Position numbers and translations under genes: made by a program. This document shows positions 32,223 to 41,438 of a DNA stretch of 64,000 nucleotides, in pieces (the first letter of the stretch is position 1; every line of letters begins with the position of its first letter). This DNA comes from Sulfurovaceae bacterium. GTDB lineage: Bacteria > Campylobacterota > Campylobacteria > Campylobacterales > Sulfurovaceae. Where the stretch lies: the NCBI GenBank assembly GCA_965140575.1, contig OZ223261.1:391243-455242 (forward strand), read 5' to 3'. Under the pieces are notes generated by a model. That model was not told where the DNA came from. It saw nothing but the letters and a program-made list of their open reading frames with translations, and did no database searches.

Positions 32223-32806
32223 TATTTTTCCCCATCCTTTTCATCTAAGATCATCTCTTCTTCTTCTGATATAGCTATATCCTCTTCGATATCCGTCAAA
32301 GATATATCCATCTTTTTACCTGCTAGTATAATCCCTGCTATCATCGCAACAAGCAACATAAGTGCCGCCACCTCGAAAGGGATGAGATATTTTGTAAAAA
32401 GTATCAACCCGACTGACTGAGGATTTGTTGCACCCTCTAGCGGTGGGTATGATGCTTCTATATTGGTTCCCAAAATAGGGGCTATAAATATCAAAGTTAA
32501 GAGGAGTGCCACGGATCCGCCAAGTAAAACTACCAAAGTAGTGGATGCATTTTTCTCTTTGACATCTTTGGTTGCATCAAAGAACATCATCCCAAATGCA
32601 TAGAGTGCCATCACGGCACCGACATACACGACTAACTGAACCGCACCCAAAAAATCTGCACCAAGCAGAAAGAAAAAGCCGGATATCATAACCATCCCTG
32701 CTGCGAGCGCACTCATAGCATAGAGCACATTTTTGCTAAATGCCGTAATGAGAAACAAAACAATCGTTGCCACAGAGAAAAAATAAAATGCAATTTGTTC
32801 AAACAT
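32222..32806 (-). CDS. nuoJ: NADH-quinone oxidoreductase subunit J
   Basis: 194 aa, 5 TM helices, acidic tail, in operon position. Confidence 0.88.
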   Translation of the reverse strand: MFEQIAFYFFSVATIVLFLITAFSKNVLYAMSALAAGMVMISGFFFLLGADFLGAVQLVVYVGAVMALYAFGMMFFDATKDVKEKNASTTLVVLLGGSVALLLTLIFIAPILGTNIEASYPPLEGATNPQSVGLILFTKYLIPFEVAALMLLVAMIAGIILAGKKMDISLTDIEEDIAISEEEEMILDEKDGEK

Positions 32807-32820
32807 ATCAGCTCCTCCTA

Positions 32821-33417
32821 TTAATACGCTAAAGGCGTTTTTTTGATATTTTTATCCGCCCATGGTGTTGGAGCACCGTAACCTGCGAACTCCTCTTGCT
32901 CTTTAAGTCTATCTATTGGTGTTAACATATCCTCAAAGAGTGAAAAGCTTGCTCTTTGCTCGCTCGCGGTCTCATATCTCGCACCGTGAACGATAGCAAG
33001 TTCAGGACAAACCTCAGCACAATACCCACAAAAGATACATCGACCAAAGTTGATAGTATATTCACTCACCTCTTTTCTTTGGTTTTCATCATATCGTGTC
33101 TCCATGGCAATGCAATTTGAGATACATATCTTCTCACAAAGACCGCAACCGATACATCTATAATGCCCGCTCTCAAGCAATCGCAACATATCATGTATGG
33201 CTCGATATCTAGGTGGAATCGGCATCTTCTCAAAAGGATATTTTGTCGTATGACTTTTGCCCATAAAAAGAGTTTTGAACATCTCTCTGATGGTTACCCA
33301 AAGGCCGATAAAGAGCTCTATCCTAAAAGTTCTTTTTACTACTCTTTTAAATCTACACCAAGGTGTCAAAGGAGTGCCTCCAAGGTCTAACATTATATAT
33401 TTTTGTTTTTCATTCAT
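32821..33417 (-). CDS. nuoI: NADH-quinone oxidoreductase subunit I
   Basis: Two 4Fe-4S motifs, CIGCGLCEKIC and CIFCGYCAEVCP. Confidence 0.93.
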   Translation of the reverse strand: MNEKQKYIMLDLGGTPLTPWCRFKRVVKRTFRIELFIGLWVTIREMFKTLFMGKSHTTKYPFEKMPIPPRYRAIHDMLRLLESGHYRCIGCGLCEKICISNCIAMETRYDENQRKEVSEYTINFGRCIFCGYCAEVCPELAIVHGARYETASEQRASFSLFEDMLTPIDRLKEQEEFAGYGAPTPWADKNIKKTPLAY

Positions 33418-33433
33418 CTCTACAACTCCCCCT

Positions 33434-34456
33434 TTATATCATGACCACGATACCTGTAATCATAACATTGATTACAGCTATAGGCATTAACACTTTCCAA
33501 CAAAACCACATCAATTGATCAGGTCTTACATGTGGCCAAGAGGCTCTCACCCACAGCATCAAAAAGAAAAAGAATGATATCTTCAATATAATCGCAATCC
33601 ATCCCGGAATAAACCCTAAAGGTGCATATCCGCCGACGAATATCAACGAAGCCATGATAGAAATCGTAATCATATTTGCATATTCACCGATAAAGAACAT
33701 CCCCCATCGCATACCACTATACTCTGTAGCATACCCTGAGACGATCTCAGCTTCATGCTCCAAAAGGTCAAACGGTGTTCTATTGGTCTCTGCAAAACCG
33801 GCTATCAAGAAGAGTACAAACGCAACCGGTTGTTGCCAAAGAATCCATGAGCCGACACCACCGGTTTGTGCATTGTTAAAATCTAAAAGTGAAAGGGAGC
33901 CGACAAGCATGATAGGGGCAAGCAGAGAGAGTCCCGTGATAACTTCGTAACTCAAAAATTGTACTGCCGTTCTCGCTGAACCTAAAATCCCCCATTTATT
34001 TGCCTGTGCCATACCGGCCAAGAGTGGACCATAGAGTCCGGATCCCATCACGCCAAGCATAAAGAGTATCCCGATATTGATATCCGCGATAGTCGAAGGG
34101 ACAGTCGCTGAGATTCCATTGATTAGAGGAAACCAATCAGGAACTGTAAAGGAGAATGTCGGGAATAGTGGGACGGCCGAGATTGCAACAAATGCTGTAG
34201 CTGCTGTTACTGCAGGCGCTATCATAAATATGATTTTATTTGCATTTTGCGGGATGATATCCTCTTTTGTCAAGAGCTTGATCCCATCAGCAACGATTTG
34301 AAGCAACCCCAAAGGTCCAACATGTGCAGGCCCTATACGGCGTTGCATATATGCCAATACTTTTCGCTCCAAATATGTACCAAATCCGGCTAAAGCCGAA
34401 ACGATCGCAAGAACCAAAACTATCTTTATTATTGTTCCTAGAATTAATGGATCCAT
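33434..34456 (-). CDS. nuoH: NADH-quinone oxidoreductase subunit H
   Basis: 340 aa polytopic protein. RRIGPAHVGPLGLLQ and AETNRTPFDLLEHEAE motifs. Confidence 0.93.
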   Translation of the reverse strand: MDPLILGTIIKIVLVLAIVSALAGFGTYLERKVLAYMQRRIGPAHVGPLGLLQIVADGIKLLTKEDIIPQNANKIIFMIAPAVTAATAFVAISAVPLFPTFSFTVPDWFPLINGISATVPSTIADINIGILFMLGVMGSGLYGPLLAGMAQANKWGILGSARTAVQFLSYEVITGLSLLAPIMLVGSLSLLDFNNAQTGGVGSWILWQQPVAFVLFLIAGFAETNRTPFDLLEHEAEIVSGYATEYSGMRWGMFFIGEYANMITISIMASLIFVGGYAPLGFIPGWIAIILKISFFFFLMLWVRASWPHVRPDQLMWFCWKVLMPIAVINVMITGIVVMI

Positions 34457-34457
34457 C

Positions 34458-36920
34458 TTATACCTCGCTTATCTTAACTTGTTTAAATCTGCCCGCATTA
34501 AAAAGTGGATAGATCTCTTTTGAACTTAAAAAGTCAGGAACTTTGACCACATCGCCGCTCATTTTAGCATCAATCTCAACAGGAAGTTCGAGAGATACAT
34601 CATCTATCTCCACTTTTACTTTTTTACCCAAAGTTTGGGCTTTCGCTTCACTCACATACAGAGCAAACGGCTCAAAGATTTGATGCGCTTTGTTTGTAAA
34701 GTCATTAAACTGTCTTTGCGGATTGCATCTATAAGCGATCTCACCCTCTAGCTTACAACTCTCATCAGGTTTTTCAACCTCAAACGCTTTTGCTTTTGTT
34801 GATTTTTGTTTGAGCATATAGCCTCTAAGTTCTTCGCCTGCATTTGTAAAGCCATTTGGCAATGCATCAAAAGAGAGTGCTTCAAAGCCTTTTCTTGTTG
34901 GCAATTTACTTGTCCAATCAATACTCAACTGCTCTCCGAGCCCTAAAGCACTCATGATATCATTGAGCTCATAACCGTTGTATGAAAGTGCCGCGTTTGT
35001 AGGGACAACTCTTTTGTGCATATTTGTAAATGTTCCCTCTTGTTGGTTAAGTGCAGGCATATCCAAATCACCATCACCCAGTGCGCTCAATCTAAAGTCA
35101 CCTACTTCGTTGTACCCTATCGTGTATCCATCTGCTTTTTCATCAAGATCGCAGATAAGTGCAACACCCAAAGAGTTTGTTTTTGGCGGGATAAGTGCTA
35201 TCTTGATAGTTGTATATTGTTCGATAAATGCCAAAAGTTTTGCAAGATTTTCCGCTCTTGGATGCGCATAGAAATCTTCGCCGACAACCATAGAGAAATT
35301 ATCTGCTTTTGCTACCATCTTCTCAAAGATGTCATCAAACCCTTCAGGAGCACCCAAGAGTGATGCCAACTCATTTGCAACATACTCTACCTCTTTTTCA
35401 ACTACTTTTGGTTTTTTCTTTGTTACCTCTTTACTCTCACCTGTCTCTTCATCGACAACGGTTTCCGTCACATCTTCCATGATCGTCTCTTGGACTGTTT
35501 TTGTTGCTTTTTTATGGAAACTCTCGAGATAGTTTTTGGTCTCTTTAGGAAGTTCATCTTTTGATGCAAAAAGATCAAGTACAAGATAGAGTGCATACTC
35601 TTCTAGTCCCGGTGTATGATAGATAGGCGTAACATTTTTACCGAGTGATTCTATAAGCGTATCACCTACCGGATGAAAATAGAGTCCTGCTCCTTTATTG
35701 AGCTTTTGGATGTTATTAAAGATATATCTTACATTTGGATTATCATGTCTAAGCGCGCTACCTACACTGATGATAAAATTACTCTCGCTCATCATCTCTT
35801 TATAGTTACCGCTATATAAGCTCTCGCCTCTATAGTTCTCAAAATCTTTTAAGAAGCTTTGGAATGCTTTGGCTTCGGGATTGATAAGTTTCACTCCGAG
35901 CTCTTTTTTGAGACTTTGAAGCATTGCTGCCTCTTCATTTGTGATAGTCGAGTTAAAACGAATCGCTTTTGCCTCTTTAAATGCTTTGATCGCTTTTGCA
36001 AACTGTTTTTCATCTTTTATTGCGCCGCTATTTTCAAAATCATATCCGAAGCGTCCCGCACCACACAGCGATACATAGTTCCACTCGTTGGTTACTCTAT
36101 ATATCTTATCACTTCTGTCGCTAATTGAGGTTGGTTTTGTCTCATAAAATATCTGGCAACCACTGCTACAATGGGAACAAGTCGCAGGAACGCGTTTAAG
36201 CTCCCATGCATTTGATGTATAGACAAAATCTCTACTTACAAGTGCGCCAACCGGACAAACAGAAAGACACTCACCACAATCGCTACAGTTTGTTTGTCCA
36301 CTCTCATCGCTTGGGACGATAAGCGATTTTTGCAATTTATTCCACATAGCATATGCATCTTTTGGCATGCTCTCTTTAAGCTCTTTATCAAGCTCAGCTC
36401 CATCTCTTGGCCCTGTTGAGAGCGCATTGTCTCCAACCATATCTTTACAGATTGTTACACATCGTTCACATACGATACAAAGACCCGGATCATAATGCAA
36501 TACGCTACTAAAATTTGTGCTCTCTCTTTTGCAATCAGCAATCGTATAATTTTGTGAATCAACGCCAAGTTCAAGGGTATAGTTTTGGAGTTCACACTCT
36601 CCACTTTGATCACAGACGCCACATTGGAGAGGATGGTTTATATCATACACCCCCATAATCGCTCTTCTCTCTTCAAGGATCTCTTCACTGCTTGTTGTAA
36701 CATCCATGCCATCTTTCGCTTTTGCATTACAAGCATAGACTCTTTTGCCGTCAGCCTCTACTAAACATATACGACAAGCAAGTGTAGGAGAGCATCTACT
36801 GATATAGCAAATAGCAGGAATAAATATGCCATTTGCTCTAGCGATATTGAGTATATACTCACCCTCTTTAGCTACACATTCAACGCCGTCAATCTTGATC
36901 TTCACTTCATTTAGATTCAT
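34458..36920 (-). CDS. nuoG: NADH-quinone oxidoreductase subunit G (820 aa, promoter-distal of two tandem NuoG-like genes)
   Basis: N-terminal 2Fe-2S (CYISRCSPTLACRICLV...AC), HPLQCGVCDQSGEC, CIVCERC and CSDCGECLSVCP clusters. Molybdopterin-fold-like C-terminal part. Confidence 0.85.
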   Translation of the reverse strand: MNLNEVKIKIDGVECVAKEGEYILNIARANGIFIPAICYISRCSPTLACRICLVEADGKRVYACNAKAKDGMDVTTSSEEILEERRAIMGVYDINHPLQCGVCDQSGECELQNYTLELGVDSQNYTIADCKRESTNFSSVLHYDPGLCIVCERCVTICKDMVGDNALSTGPRDGAELDKELKESMPKDAYAMWNKLQKSLIVPSDESGQTNCSDCGECLSVCPVGALVSRDFVYTSNAWELKRVPATCSHCSSGCQIFYETKPTSISDRSDKIYRVTNEWNYVSLCGAGRFGYDFENSGAIKDEKQFAKAIKAFKEAKAIRFNSTITNEEAAMLQSLKKELGVKLINPEAKAFQSFLKDFENYRGESLYSGNYKEMMSESNFIISVGSALRHDNPNVRYIFNNIQKLNKGAGLYFHPVGDTLIESLGKNVTPIYHTPGLEEYALYLVLDLFASKDELPKETKNYLESFHKKATKTVQETIMEDVTETVVDEETGESKEVTKKKPKVVEKEVEYVANELASLLGAPEGFDDIFEKMVAKADNFSMVVGEDFYAHPRAENLAKLLAFIEQYTTIKIALIPPKTNSLGVALICDLDEKADGYTIGYNEVGDFRLSALGDGDLDMPALNQQEGTFTNMHKRVVPTNAALSYNGYELNDIMSALGLGEQLSIDWTSKLPTRKGFEALSFDALPNGFTNAGEELRGYMLKQKSTKAKAFEVEKPDESCKLEGEIAYRCNPQRQFNDFTNKAHQIFEPFALYVSEAKAQTLGKKVKVEIDDVSLELPVEIDAKMSGDVVKVPDFLSSKEIYPLFNAGRFKQVKISEV

Positions 36921-39193
36921 TTAATTACCCCGTCCTCTTGTAATTTCATCAAAGTATATCTATAATTTTTTAAACCTGATGCTTCGAGTGGCTCTGCGAC
37001 ACTTGCGGTTATCGCAATGGTTCCTTTCATCGATGCATCAAGTTTAAAAATTCTCACATACTGCCTCGTATCGTTTTCAAAAAAAAGCTCCTCTCCGTCA
37101 CTTATTTTCATAGCCGCTGCAAATTGTTGAGAGCCTTTGAGATATCTGCTTTGGCTGTATTTATGGAGTGTGTTCTGTGTAAAATGCAAGCCCTCATTAC
37201 ACCAGTAGACAACGCCGCCATCATAAGTCGGCAAATCTTCAATCTCTTCAAACTCTTCGGTGCTCTTTACATTTTTGATATCAAGCAGATAGCCTCGATT
37301 ATCTTCAAAGCTTGAGAGTTCTTGAGTAAGCGCATCAAACTCTACTGCTTTATAGCCGCCTTTTTTAGGAAGCTCTTTTGTATAATCAATCGTATATTCC
37401 GCTTCCAATCCTAAAGCATTGGCGATATCGTTGAGCGTATAGCCACCAAATGGGAGTGCAACATGCGTTGCAACCACGCGTTTATCGATAGTAGTAAGTG
37501 TTCCCTCTTGTTGATTGAGTGCCGGCATATCAAGATCAACTTCACCTTGTGAGCCCAAAGTAAAACCGCCTTTTACGTTGTAGCCTATGCTCTGCTCCTC
37601 GGTGTCTTCATCATCAAGATCACATATCAAAGAGACACCAAGCGCATTTGTCGCAGGTGGGACGAGTATGACATTAAATTCGCCGTATTTCTCAAAAAGT
37701 GCGAGCAGTTTTGCTATCTCCATAGCTCTTGGATGTCCATAAAGATCAGCCCCTACAATGAGTGAGCGTCTGCTTTTTTTCTCAAAAGAAGCTGCCAACT
37801 TCTCAAGCTCCTCTTCTCCCACATTACTCTCAGCACTCAAGTTACCTACATCGAGAGAATCTAAAAACTCTTTGACCTCATCGGAGAGCTCGATATTACT
37901 CAAAAGTGCATCCACCAAAAGTGCTGCAACACCCTCTTCGCTTCCTACTTCATATTTGATAAATTGTGTTATGATTTTTGCCATACTCGCATCTTCTATG
38001 GGGTGCAAATAAGCTACTCTGGCTCTATGCCATTTGCTTGCCATAGATATATGGTATTTGACCATTGGATTATCATCATTGATTCGTGTACCGAAAACTA
38101 TGATTGCGTCTGAATCTTTGATCGCTGTAAGATCACCATTGTAGAGACTTTTTCCGCTCACTGAGCTATATGCACTAAGAAATTTTTGATAGCTTCTCGC
38201 CTCATCACAGATGAGCTTATAGCCATACTTCTCTTTAAGCTTTTGGAAGATGAGTGCCTCTTCATTAGTGATATTTGCGCTCAAGCGTATGCTCTTAGCC
38301 GCCCTAAATGCCTCTATAGCACCCTCGAAAGCTACGGTATCTTTGCTAACACCTTGGTTTGCAAAATCATAAGCAAATCTCCCTGCCCCGCAAAGTGAGT
38401 TAAACTCAAATGGATTTGTTACTCTATAGATACTCTTCTCTCTGTTTGCAATGCTTGAAGGCTTGGACTCATAATAGAGGGCACATCCGCTACTACAGTG
38501 TGCACATGTTGCCGGAATTCGCTCAAGCTCCCATGCATTAGAGCTGTATTTAAACTCACTATTTGTGAGTGCACCTACAGGACAAACCGCCATACACTCA
38601 CCGCAGTTACTACAATCACTATCTAAATCTGTATTGATAATTCTTGAGTTGTACCCGCCAACCGCTACTTGGAGTATGCTCTCGCCAACGATTTCATTAC
38701 AAACTCGCACACATCTTTCACAAACGATACAAAGAGAAGGGTCATAGCTGATAAAACCCCAATTTTCGATCTTTTTATCTGACTCTTTTGCACTAAAATT
38801 TTGCGCTGCTACATCAAACTCCAGTGTCTTATTTTGCAGGTCACACTCACCGCTTTTATCACATACGCCACACTCCAAAGGATGATTGACACTAAAAAGC
38901 TTCATGATATTTTGTCTATGCTTATAGAGCATTTCACTCGTGATGATGACATTCACGCCATCAACTGCTCGCTCTTGGCAAGCAAGCACTGTTCCCTCTA
39001 CCCCTTCTATCTGCACGACACACATTCGACATGATGCTATCGGTTTCACCTTAGATATATAACACATCGTAGGGATATAGATATCATTAGCTCTAGCGAT
39101 TTCGAGTATAGTATCGCCTTTTTTGCCAATGCAACTCTTTCCGTCGATAGTTATAGTGATATTTTGATTCATCTCTTGCTTCTGTGCCATCAT
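36917..39193 (-). CDS. second NuoG-like Fe-S subunit (758 aa paralog)
   Basis: Same cluster motifs (CYISKVKPIASCRMCVV, HPLECGVCDKSGEC, CIVCERC, CSNCGECMAVCP). ATG 39193 overlaps the upstream stop (TAATG). Colinear similarity to the 820-aa protein. Confidence 0.85.
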   Translation of the reverse strand: MMAQKQEMNQNITITIDGKSCIGKKGDTILEIARANDIYIPTMCYISKVKPIASCRMCVVQIEGVEGTVLACQERAVDGVNVIITSEMLYKHRQNIMKLFSVNHPLECGVCDKSGECDLQNKTLEFDVAAQNFSAKESDKKIENWGFISYDPSLCIVCERCVRVCNEIVGESILQVAVGGYNSRIINTDLDSDCSNCGECMAVCPVGALTNSEFKYSSNAWELERIPATCAHCSSGCALYYESKPSSIANREKSIYRVTNPFEFNSLCGAGRFAYDFANQGVSKDTVAFEGAIEAFRAAKSIRLSANITNEEALIFQKLKEKYGYKLICDEARSYQKFLSAYSSVSGKSLYNGDLTAIKDSDAIIVFGTRINDDNPMVKYHISMASKWHRARVAYLHPIEDASMAKIITQFIKYEVGSEEGVAALLVDALLSNIELSDEVKEFLDSLDVGNLSAESNVGEEELEKLAASFEKKSRRSLIVGADLYGHPRAMEIAKLLALFEKYGEFNVILVPPATNALGVSLICDLDDEDTEEQSIGYNVKGGFTLGSQGEVDLDMPALNQQEGTLTTIDKRVVATHVALPFGGYTLNDIANALGLEAEYTIDYTKELPKKGGYKAVEFDALTQELSSFEDNRGYLLDIKNVKSTEEFEEIEDLPTYDGGVVYWCNEGLHFTQNTLHKYSQSRYLKGSQQFAAAMKISDGEELFFENDTRQYVRIFKLDASMKGTIAITASVAEPLEASGLKNYRYTLMKLQEDGVIK

Positions 39194-41205
39194 TATACGA
39201 CCACCATCGAGATATAATAACATCGCATACATCTTTGTGCTTCAGCAAGTGCTTCTTCTCCGCTCAAACCGAGATTAACCTCTTTGTTGTTATCGATTCT
39301 GTCACCAACTGAGAGTTTTGGGCTCTCTTCTCTTGGTTGTCCTTGCATCCAACCCGTAATCTTCTCGTTCTTATCATAGACATTGAGTGTTCTAAGATGA
39401 TCTTCCATGATCTCATCATCGCTCAAACTCACTTTGCCATCATAGATATATCTTGATATCACCGAAGCGGCTCTTTTGGCTTGTCCTACAGCATTCACGA
39501 TTGTCATAGGGCCATATTCACAATCACCTGCAGCAAAAAGTCCTATGCGTGATGTCATATAATCTTTCCCATTAGTCAAAAGTGTTCCCCATGAGGTCAG
39601 CGCAACATCCCACTCTTGTGGGAGGAGTACCAAATCAGCTGATTGAGAAACGGCAGGAATGAGATAATCACACTCTATCTCAAAATCTCCATCTTCTATC
39701 TTGATAAGTTGTGCTCTACCACCATCAGGGTCAGGAACAAGCTCAAATCTGTTAATAAGTAATTTTTTAAGCTTATTATCTTCATCAAATATTCGCTCAA
39801 CTGCTGAGTGGAAGATAAACTCTACTCCCTCTTCTACCGCCTCATGATACTCTTCGTAAGTTGTATTTCTTATAATCGTTTTCTCATCTCTTCTATAGAG
39901 CATGATGACTTTTTTTGCGCCCTCTCTCACAGCACAGCGCACGACATCCATCGAAGTAAACCCGCCGCCCACACAGACAACAACCTTATCTTTAAGGTCT
40001 TCACTTGCAGGCGAACCTATGCGGTATTTGTGCCATAGATTTACCTTGTCAAGCATCGATATGGCGCCCCAATACCCCTCCATATCCAATCGCTCATTCT
40101 CTGCTCTTACTTTTTTAGAAAGCCGTGTCCCAAATGCTAAAAGCGTTGCATCATACTCACTCTCTAGCTCTTTAAGTTTTGTGGCATCTACTTTCGTATT
40201 TGTATAAACACTTACTGCCTCCATAGAGGTGACGAGCTCGATATCTTTATTGTATCTATCGATTGGCATACGATACTCAGGCACTCCAACAGCAACCTCA
40301 CCGCCTAAAACAGGCAACTCTTCAAAGATATCAACCTTTATCCCCTCAAGTGCAAGATAATATGCCGCTGTGAGTCCTGCCGGACCTGCACCTATGATTG
40401 CAACTTTTTTGCCATCATCTCTTAACGGTTGTGGTTCTTTTGGGTGTTGCCACGGTAAAGAGTGATCTGTCTCAAAATCAGCCCCGATGCGTTTCAGCTC
40501 CATGATCGAAATCGGCTCATCGAGGTTTGCTCTTCTGCAAGCATCTTCGCAAGGATGCGGGCATACTCTCCCGCAAGTATGTGCCAAAGGCATTGTTTGT
40601 CTCGTTGATTGCAAGGATTTATCAAATTGCATATCTCGTACACCCTCGATATAGGCAGGGATATCAACATGCGCCGGACACATATCCATGCAAGGTGCGG
40701 TTACTTTGGCTATATAACTTACATCTTCGTTTGCATAATCTTTTGAAGGTATCTGTTTCTCTATAAGGAGGTCAAACTCTTCTCTATAGTGCTCAAGTAG
40801 ATCCAAGATAGGCTTCGGTGTTGTTCTTCCTATCTCACACTTTGATGTCATCATCATCGTTTCGCTCACCTCTTTGAGATGCTCGATATCTGCTTGCGCT
40901 CCTTCGCCTCTGGCTATCTTATCGAGAAGATCATACAGTATCCGTCCACCCCATCTACCGGGTGCACATCTTCCGCAAGCTTCAGAGTATTTTTGATATT
41001 GGGCAGCATACTCACATGCGAGTCTTACAACATCAACATTCTCATCAAATACGGCAACACCATCCCAACCTATAAAGGCTTTTGAACTTTTATCAGCACT
41101 ATAATCCCCGGGCAATTTGAAAGATGAAACTTGACAAGTATCGCCACTAATGTGTCGATTGTCAACAAGCTCATCCCTCCATGTCGAGAAAATAGTTTTA
41201 GACAT
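39193..41205 (-). CDS. fusion flavoprotein: NuoF-C-terminal-like domain + GltD-type (glutamate synthase small-subunit-like) NAD(P)H oxidoreductase, in place of NuoF
   Basis: N-terminal part SEACGRCAPGRWGG...SKCEIG resembles the NuoF 4Fe-4S (N3) domain. CMDMCPAHVDIPAYI and CGRVCPHPCEDAC are GltD Fe-S motifs. VAIIGAGPAGLTAAYYLA and VVVCVGGGFTSMD are dinucleotide folds. Confidence 0.75.
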   Translation of the reverse strand: MSKTIFSTWRDELVDNRHISGDTCQVSSFKLPGDYSADKSSKAFIGWDGVAVFDENVDVVRLACEYAAQYQKYSEACGRCAPGRWGGRILYDLLDKIARGEGAQADIEHLKEVSETMMMTSKCEIGRTTPKPILDLLEHYREEFDLLIEKQIPSKDYANEDVSYIAKVTAPCMDMCPAHVDIPAYIEGVRDMQFDKSLQSTRQTMPLAHTCGRVCPHPCEDACRRANLDEPISIMELKRIGADFETDHSLPWQHPKEPQPLRDDGKKVAIIGAGPAGLTAAYYLALEGIKVDIFEELPVLGGEVAVGVPEYRMPIDRYNKDIELVTSMEAVSVYTNTKVDATKLKELESEYDATLLAFGTRLSKKVRAENERLDMEGYWGAISMLDKVNLWHKYRIGSPASEDLKDKVVVCVGGGFTSMDVVRCAVREGAKKVIMLYRRDEKTIIRNTTYEEYHEAVEEGVEFIFHSAVERIFDEDNKLKKLLINRFELVPDPDGGRAQLIKIEDGDFEIECDYLIPAVSQSADLVLLPQEWDVALTSWGTLLTNGKDYMTSRIGLFAAGDCEYGPMTIVNAVGQAKRAASVISRYIYDGKVSLSDDEIMEDHLRTLNVYDKNEKITGWMQGQPREESPKLSVGDRIDNNKEVNLGLSGEEALAEAQRCMRCYYISMVVV

Positions 41206-41438
41206 TAATGAGCCTTTTTCCTAACTACTATCGTCCAATCGACTTCATTGAACTTGAGTGAGTTGAGAAGCTCATGCTTGTGCTTCTTGATGATATCTGC
41301 ACTCTTTTGGATAGGAGAAAAATCACCAATCTCAAAGAGAAATATACCTACCTCGCCACCTTGTAAATCACTATCGATTAGCTCTATCATGCGTTTGTAA
41401 AAATCGCCGTGTAAATCTCTCAAATCATATCTTTTCAT
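41205..41438 (-). CDS. small complex-I-associated protein occupying the NuoE position (Cj1575c/HP1264-like by position and size)
   Basis: 77 aa, translationally coupled on both sides (4-nt overlap with nuoD, 1-nt with the next gene). No 2Fe-2S motif. Confidence 0.65.
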   Translation of the reverse strand: MKRYDLRDLHGDFYKRMIELIDSDLQGGEVGIFLFEIGDFSPIQKSADIIKKHKHELLNSLKFNEVDWTIVVRKKAH

